Below are positions 59,364 through 64,000 of a DNA stretch of 64,000 bases, piece by piece. The stretch lies in the NCBI GenBank assembly GCA_964405015.1, contig CAYOME010000003.1:11359-75358 (forward strand), written 5' to 3'. The translations under genes and the position numbers were made by a program. The notes under the pieces are model-generated. The model was given only the letters and a program-made list of their open reading frames with translations. It made no database searches and had not been told where the DNA came from. Source of the stretch: an uncultured Candidatus Saccharibacteria bacterium. Its GTDB lineage: Bacteria > Patescibacteriota > Dojkabacteria > SC72. Within the stretch, counting starts at the first letter, position 1; every line of letters starts with the position of its first letter.

Positions 59364-61568
59364 ATGCCCCGCAAAAAGAAGAGAAAAGAAATAAATATTA
59401 AAAGTTCTGAAACAAAGATATTCTTTGGTCTAATACTTTTTGTATTCGGTATTGCACTTTTAATAACTCCAATTGTTGGAGAACAAGCAGAAATATTTGT
59501 ATATGTATCCCAAACTTTAGGATGGCCAGCCCTTGTATGGGGTCTCGCTACTATATATATATCCCTAAATTTGCTTACCCAAGGTAAGAGTTGTAAACAA
59601 TGGTCAAAATTCATAGGAATAGCACTGCTAGCACTTTCACTTAATACTCTTTTTACTTTCTGGTTACCTCAGGAGATATTACAAAACACTCAAGAGCTTG
59701 GACAAGCTGGAGGAACACTAGGTAAAGCAGTTCATTTAGCAATAAATGGCGCTGTAGGAGACATACTAGAGTTAGTAATACTTTTAATAGTATTAATCGT
59801 TGCCTTCTCCTTTATCACTGGTGTTAAACTTGAAGAAATTACAGCATTCCTACACCAAACGTTTAGTAATATTAAATTCGGAGATATCTCTGAGAAGTTA
59901 AACGACAAAGGAACAGGGAAATTAGTAATCAGTGGACTTGAGCAGGAAAATGACCAACTTACACTAGATAATAGAGTAACTCCAGAAGCCCAGTTAATAA
60001 CAAACGAAGACGAAGATTTGCCAAATATCTCATCAAAGGAACCTAGAACATTTTCTACGCCAACCATAGTTAATAACACAGAAAATAATACTTCAACTAC
60101 ACCAGCAGAGCCAAAATATACAAACTGGATATACCCAAAGATCGATAATCTTCAAGAACCCCAAAAAGCTAATCAAGATCAGAGTGCATATAGAAGTGAT
60201 TCTTTGGTAATAGAAAGAGTTTTGAAAAATTTTGGTATAGCAGCAAAGGCTGTAAAGATTGAAATTGGACCTACAGTAGTAAGATATGCTCTTTCAGTTG
60301 CTGCAGATACAAGAGTAACAAAGATTAGAAGCTTAGAAGACAACCTTGCAGTATCCCTAATGATCAACAAAGAATTGATTAGAATAGAGACTCCAATTCC
60401 TGGGACATCATTTGTAGGTATTGAAATACCAAACAAGACACCAAACTTTGTATATGCAAAGGAAATGGCGAAGAAGCTACTTGCACAACCAGATAAATAT
60501 GAATTACCAATGATCCTTGGAAAGGATATTGCAGGACAAACAGTAATAAAAGATCTTGTAAACATTCCACACTTACTTGTAGCAGGTGCTACAAACACAG
60601 GTAAATCTGTAGGTATTAATGCAATACTTGCTGGATTACTCCTAACCAAAACACCTGATGAACTAAAATTAATCATGGTAGATCCTAAGAGAGTCGAAAT
60701 GACACCATACAATGGTATACCTCATCTCCTAACACCAATCATTACAGATATGGAATTGGTTGTTAATGCCCTTAATTACTCCATAGATGAAATGATGAGA
60801 AGATATAGAATGCTTGAACAACTAAAAGTCAGAAAAATTACAGAATATAATACAAAAATGGGATTCACAGCGATGCCATACTTAGTAATTGTAGTTGATG
60901 AGATGGCAGATTTAATGCTTGTCGCGGGTAAAGAAGTAGAGCCAAAGATTCAAAGATTAGCACAAATGGGAAGAGCTGTAGGTGTGCACTTAATACTTGC
61001 TACACAAAAACCAATAGTCGAAGTTATCACTGGATTAATAAAATCTAATATCCCAGGTAGAATGGCATTCGCAGTTACTTCCTCTATGGACTCAAGAGTC
61101 ATCTTAGATCAAACGGGCGCAGAGAATTTACTAGGTAAGGGAGATATGCTCTTTAAAGACCAAACAATGCCAAAATCGATAAGAATACAGGGTACTTTCA
61201 TTTCTACGGAAGACACTGAAGATATAATTCAACAAGTAAAAGCCCAGGTAAATCCTGAAGAGAATGTTTACTCTGAAGAACTTAACCAAGCATTAGAGAA
61301 AGGAGCATCTGGAACAGCTATTGGATCCAGCGGGGAAAGAGAACCAGAATTTGAAGCTGCACTCAGAGTAGTAATTGCTGAAGAAAAAGCTTCTGCGTCT
61401 CTTCTACAGAGAAGATTAAAAGTAGGATACAACAAAGCTTCAAGATTAATAGAGCAATTAGAAGAAACTGGAGCTATTGGACCACAACAGGGAGGGAGTT
61501 CTAAACCAAGAGAGGTATTAGTATCTTCTGTAGAAGAAATACTTGGAGGTCCAACACAAGACAACTAG
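59364..61568 (+). CDS. ftsK: DNA translocase FtsK/SpoIIIE
   Basis: Four N-terminal TM helices, a linker, a motor domain with Walker A VAGATNTGKSVGINAIL and Walker B IVVDEMADL, and a C-terminal gamma winged helix (LLQRRLKVGYNKASRLIEQLEETGAIG). Confidence 0.85.
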   Translation: MPRKKKRKEINIKSSETKIFFGLILFVFGIALLITPIVGEQAEIFVYVSQTLGWPALVWGLATIYISLNLLTQGKSCKQWSKFIGIALLALSLNTLFTFWLPQEILQNTQELGQAGGTLGKAVHLAINGAVGDILELVILLIVLIVAFSFITGVKLEEITAFLHQTFSNIKFGDISEKLNDKGTGKLVISGLEQENDQLTLDNRVTPEAQLITNEDEDLPNISSKEPRTFSTPTIVNNTENNTSTTPAEPKYTNWIYPKIDNLQEPQKANQDQSAYRSDSLVIERVLKNFGIAAKAVKIEIGPTVVRYALSVAADTRVTKIRSLEDNLAVSLMINKELIRIETPIPGTSFVGIEIPNKTPNFVYAKEMAKKLLAQPDKYELPMILGKDIAGQTVIKDLVNIPHLLVAGATNTGKSVGINAILAGLLLTKTPDELKLIMVDPKRVEMTPYNGIPHLLTPIITDMELVVNALNYSIDEMMRRYRMLEQLKVRKITEYNTKMGFTAMPYLVIVVDEMADLMLVAGKEVEPKIQRLAQMGRAVGVHLILATQKPIVEVITGLIKSNIPGRMAFAVTSSMDSRVILDQTGAENLLGKGDMLFKDQTMPKSIRIQGTFISTEDTEDIIQQVKAQVNPEENVYSEELNQALEKGASGTAIGSSGEREPEFEAALRVVIAEEKASASLLQRRLKVGYNKASRLIEQLEETGAIGPQQGGSSKPREVLVSSVEEILGGPTQDN

Positions 61569-61590
61569 AGTTTGATATACTCTCCTAGAT

Positions 61591-62532
61591 ATGATAACCG
61601 CAGGAGAAATTCTAAAACAGAAGAGAGAATCTTTGGACAAAGATATTAAGACAGTATCGCTAGATACAAAGATTCAAAAAAGATTCATTGAATACATTGA
61701 AAACAATGAGTATGACAAATTTGATTCTGAAGTTTTCGCCTCTGGCTTTATCAAAATATATTCCAAATATTTAGGGTTGGATGTAGAGAAAATATTAGCA
61801 ATATATAGAAGGAGTAACCTCAAAGAGAAGGATACTAAAAAAGAAATTAGAAAAAATACACCCCAAAAGAGTAAAAGCTTTAAAATACATATAACTCCTC
61901 AATTAATCGCTATAATTGCCTCTGTACTCTTTCTTCTTTTAATAATTGGATACATTGGATATCAAATATACAAATTTCAAACACCTCCTAAGCTTTCTGT
62001 CTTGCAGCCACAGGAAGAACAAACATATGATGTTGATTTACTGACAGTAAAAGGTAGTACAGAGAGCAATACCACCGTTATGATAAATGGAGAACAGGTG
62101 AATATCGATGATATAGGATATTTTGAAAAGGAGATTACCCTTAAAGAAGGAATTAATACTGTTAATATCTCTGTAAGAAAGAATTCCAACTCTCAATTAG
62201 AAACAAGCAAAAATATCAAGGTAATATACAAACCACAGGAAGAGGAAGTCGCACAACCAGAACCTACAACTTTTAAAGCTAAGCTCAATATTCTTCAGAC
62301 CTCATCTTGGGTAAAGCTTGATATCGATGGAGAAAACAAAATCTCACAAATACTCCAACCAAATACACAGCAGGAATTTACCATTAACAACGAACTAACA
62401 TTAGTTACTGGCAAAATACAAAATACCCAGCTATATATTAACGATCAGTTAATAGAAATAACCTCAAAACAAAATACTGGTGTAGGACAAGTAACCTGTA
62501 AAATTACTCAAGAAACCTTTAATTGCGAATAA
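61591..62532 (+). CDS. RodZ-like bitopic protein (cytoplasmic HTH, one TM, extracytoplasmic beta domain)
   Basis: N-terminal region (AGEILKQKRESL...FASGFIKIYSKYLGLDVEKILAIY) resembles the RodZ HTH/juxtamembrane segment. TM LIAIIASVLFLLLIIGYIGY. C-terminal domain of unknown fold. Confidence 0.45.
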   Translation: MITAGEILKQKRESLDKDIKTVSLDTKIQKRFIEYIENNEYDKFDSEVFASGFIKIYSKYLGLDVEKILAIYRRSNLKEKDTKKEIRKNTPQKSKSFKIHITPQLIAIIASVLFLLLIIGYIGYQIYKFQTPPKLSVLQPQEEQTYDVDLLTVKGSTESNTTVMINGEQVNIDDIGYFEKEITLKEGINTVNISVRKNSNSQLETSKNIKVIYKPQEEEVAQPEPTTFKAKLNILQTSSWVKLDIDGENKISQILQPNTQQEFTINNELTLVTGKIQNTQLYINDQLIEITSKQNTGVGQVTCKITQETFNCE

Positions 62533-62560
62533 AAGTACTAAAAACTGGTATAATTCGCAT

Positions 62561-64000
62561 ATGGATAATAACAGAGATCAAATAGAGGAAATACGAAGCC
62601 GTATAGATATCGTAGATATAATAAATAGATATGTTCAATTAACACAGGCGGGTAAAAACTTCAAAGGAGTATGCCCATTTCACACAGAAAAGACACCATC
62701 ATTTATTGTAAGCCCTGAATTACAAAGATATAAATGTTTTGGATGTGGAGCCTCTGGAGATATTTTTAACTTTGTACAAAATATTGAACATATTGATTTC
62801 CCAGAGACATTAGAGAAATTAGCAAAAGAAGCTGGAGTAATCATTACAAAAAGAAATGAGAACAGTACATATTCAAGATTAGAAGAAATTAACAAACTCG
62901 CAGCAATATACTTCTACAAAGCCCTTCATGACCCATCCAATTCACAAGCTCTTAAGTACGTAAAAGATAGAGGATTTACAGATGAAAGTATTAAATCTTT
63001 TGGTATAGGATATGCACCAAGATATAGTAAATTACTAGATTACATACAACAGAAGAAAAAATTCTCAAAAGACGAACTACTTCGTTCAGGCCTATTTGTA
63101 GAAAAAGAAGGGAAGTTAAGAAACAAGTTCATAATGAGAGTAATGTTCCCAATAAGATCAAGCTCAGGAAAAGTTATCGCCTTTACAGGAAGGATACTCC
63201 CTGGAAATGATTTCGGTCCTAAATACATGAATTCACCAGAAACAGAAATATATCACAAAAAAGAGAATTTCTATGGACAATACGAGTCAAGACAAGAAAT
63301 CAGAAAAGTAGATCTTGTAATAATTTGCGAAGGAACTACAGATGTAATATCTGCCCACCAATTAGGCATCAAAAACATAGTAGCCCCACTTGGAACTGCC
63401 ATTACCAAAGAACAATTAGAGAAGATATCCAAATTAACAAAAAACATACTCTTTCTTTTTGATAGTGATACTGCAGGACAACAAGCTTTAGAAAGAGGCT
63501 TCCTTTTAGCACAAACTCTCCAACTAAATAGCTATGCTGCAAATACTACTCCTTACAAGGATATTGATGAAATCATTACAAAAGAACCTGAAGAGTTAAA
63601 AAAGAGAATCAAAAAAAAGATGGATTGCTTCACATATATGCTAGTTCACCATCTTGAAGGAAAAGACCTTTCCAAGATGGAAGTATATACTGAAATTGCT
63701 AATTGGATAAATGGAAAAATTGAAAATGAAAAGCGCGACATTTATTTTAACTTCTACGTGAAAAAAGCCTATCAAATAGCCAAAATTAACATACTCCCAT
63801 TGAGACATTTAAGAGAAAAAAGTCCAGAAATTCTTTCTTCAAAATTAGAAGCAAACTCACACAACAGTAAGGAAAGAATATATCTTCAAAATTTGCTATT
63901 TCTAAATGATATCAAAATACCTAAAAACCACTCATTAGAATACTTCGAGGATCCTAATATCCTACCAATACTTAAATACATACAAGAGAACCCATCTACA
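62561..64000 (+). CDS. dnaG: DNA primase DnaG (3'-partial, runs off window)
   Basis: CHC2 zinc finger (CPFHTEKTPSF...YKCFGCGASGD), Toprim block (VDLVIICEGTTDVISAHQLGIKNIVAPLGTA...LFLFDSDTAGQQA). Open frame to the window end. Confidence 0.85.
   Translation, partial: MDNNRDQIEEIRSRIDIVDIINRYVQLTQAGKNFKGVCPFHTEKTPSFIVSPELQRYKCFGCGASGDIFNFVQNIEHIDFPETLEKLAKEAGVIITKRNENSTYSRLEEINKLAAIYFYKALHDPSNSQALKYVKDRGFTDESIKSFGIGYAPRYSKLLDYIQQKKKFSKDELLRSGLFVEKEGKLRNKFIMRVMFPIRSSSGKVIAFTGRILPGNDFGPKYMNSPETEIYHKKENFYGQYESRQEIRKVDLVIICEGTTDVISAHQLGIKNIVAPLGTAITKEQLEKISKLTKNILFLFDSDTAGQQALERGFLLAQTLQLNSYAANTTPYKDIDEIITKEPEELKKRIKKKMDCFTYMLVHHLEGKDLSKMEVYTEIANWINGKIENEKRDIYFNFYVKKAYQIAKINILPLRHLREKSPEILSSKLEANSHNSKERIYLQNLLFLNDIKIPKNHSLEYFEDPNILPILKYIQENPST

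Noticed and set aside
1-64000. Alternative genetic code (UGA recoding, as in some CPR lineages)
   Set aside because: Long conserved genes (rpoB, rpoC, dnaK, groEL, ftsK) are uninterrupted under the standard code, and their lengths match orthologs.

Overview
This AT-rich window (roughly one-third GC by eye) is densely packed with short-spaced genes on both strands and reads as a chromosomal segment of a reduced-genome bacterium with a Gram-positive-type envelope. The gene content (short IF-2, AlaRS without its C-terminal domain, scattered ribosomal operons, sortase, LCP, MurJ and MltG, and a PrgI/VirB4 module) points towards Candidate Phyla Radiation (Patescibacteria), but that placement is inference. 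The standard genetic code is in use, since the 1293-aa rpoC and 1115-aa rpoB ORFs are uninterrupted. I find no rRNA, tRNA or CRISPR.

Recognisable housekeeping genes:
- dnaJ-nusA-infB on the minus strand.
- An alaS-ruvX-mltG-lcp-holA-like operon.
- rpsT, lepA and recF.
- A folD-glyA-thyX-like-dcd thymidylate-cycle cluster that continues into a cysteine desulfurase and a Lon-like AAA+ gene.
- groES-groEL and hrcA-grpE-dnaK, each preceded by a CIRCE-like inverted repeat.
- rplY, then rpoB-rpoC-rpsL-rpsG, then ftsK, a rodZ-like gene and a 3'-partial dnaG.

Accessory or unusual content:
- A sortase followed by a solute-binding protein and a large Ig-domain surface protein.
- A DUF11-like surface protein carrying an IPKTG sorting-like motif.
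- A four-gene surface/membrane operon directly after rpsT that ends in two mosaic tandem paralogs with 101-nt near-identical gene junctions.
- A type IV secretion-like module of a PrgI/VirB3-like protein, a hypothetical protein and a VirB4 ATPase.
- A free-standing Lon ATPase module with neither the N-domain nor the protease domain.
- A nucleotidyltransferase-fold protein.
- A truncated ComF-like zinc-ribbon protein.
- An HExxH metallohydrolase paired with an XRE regulator.
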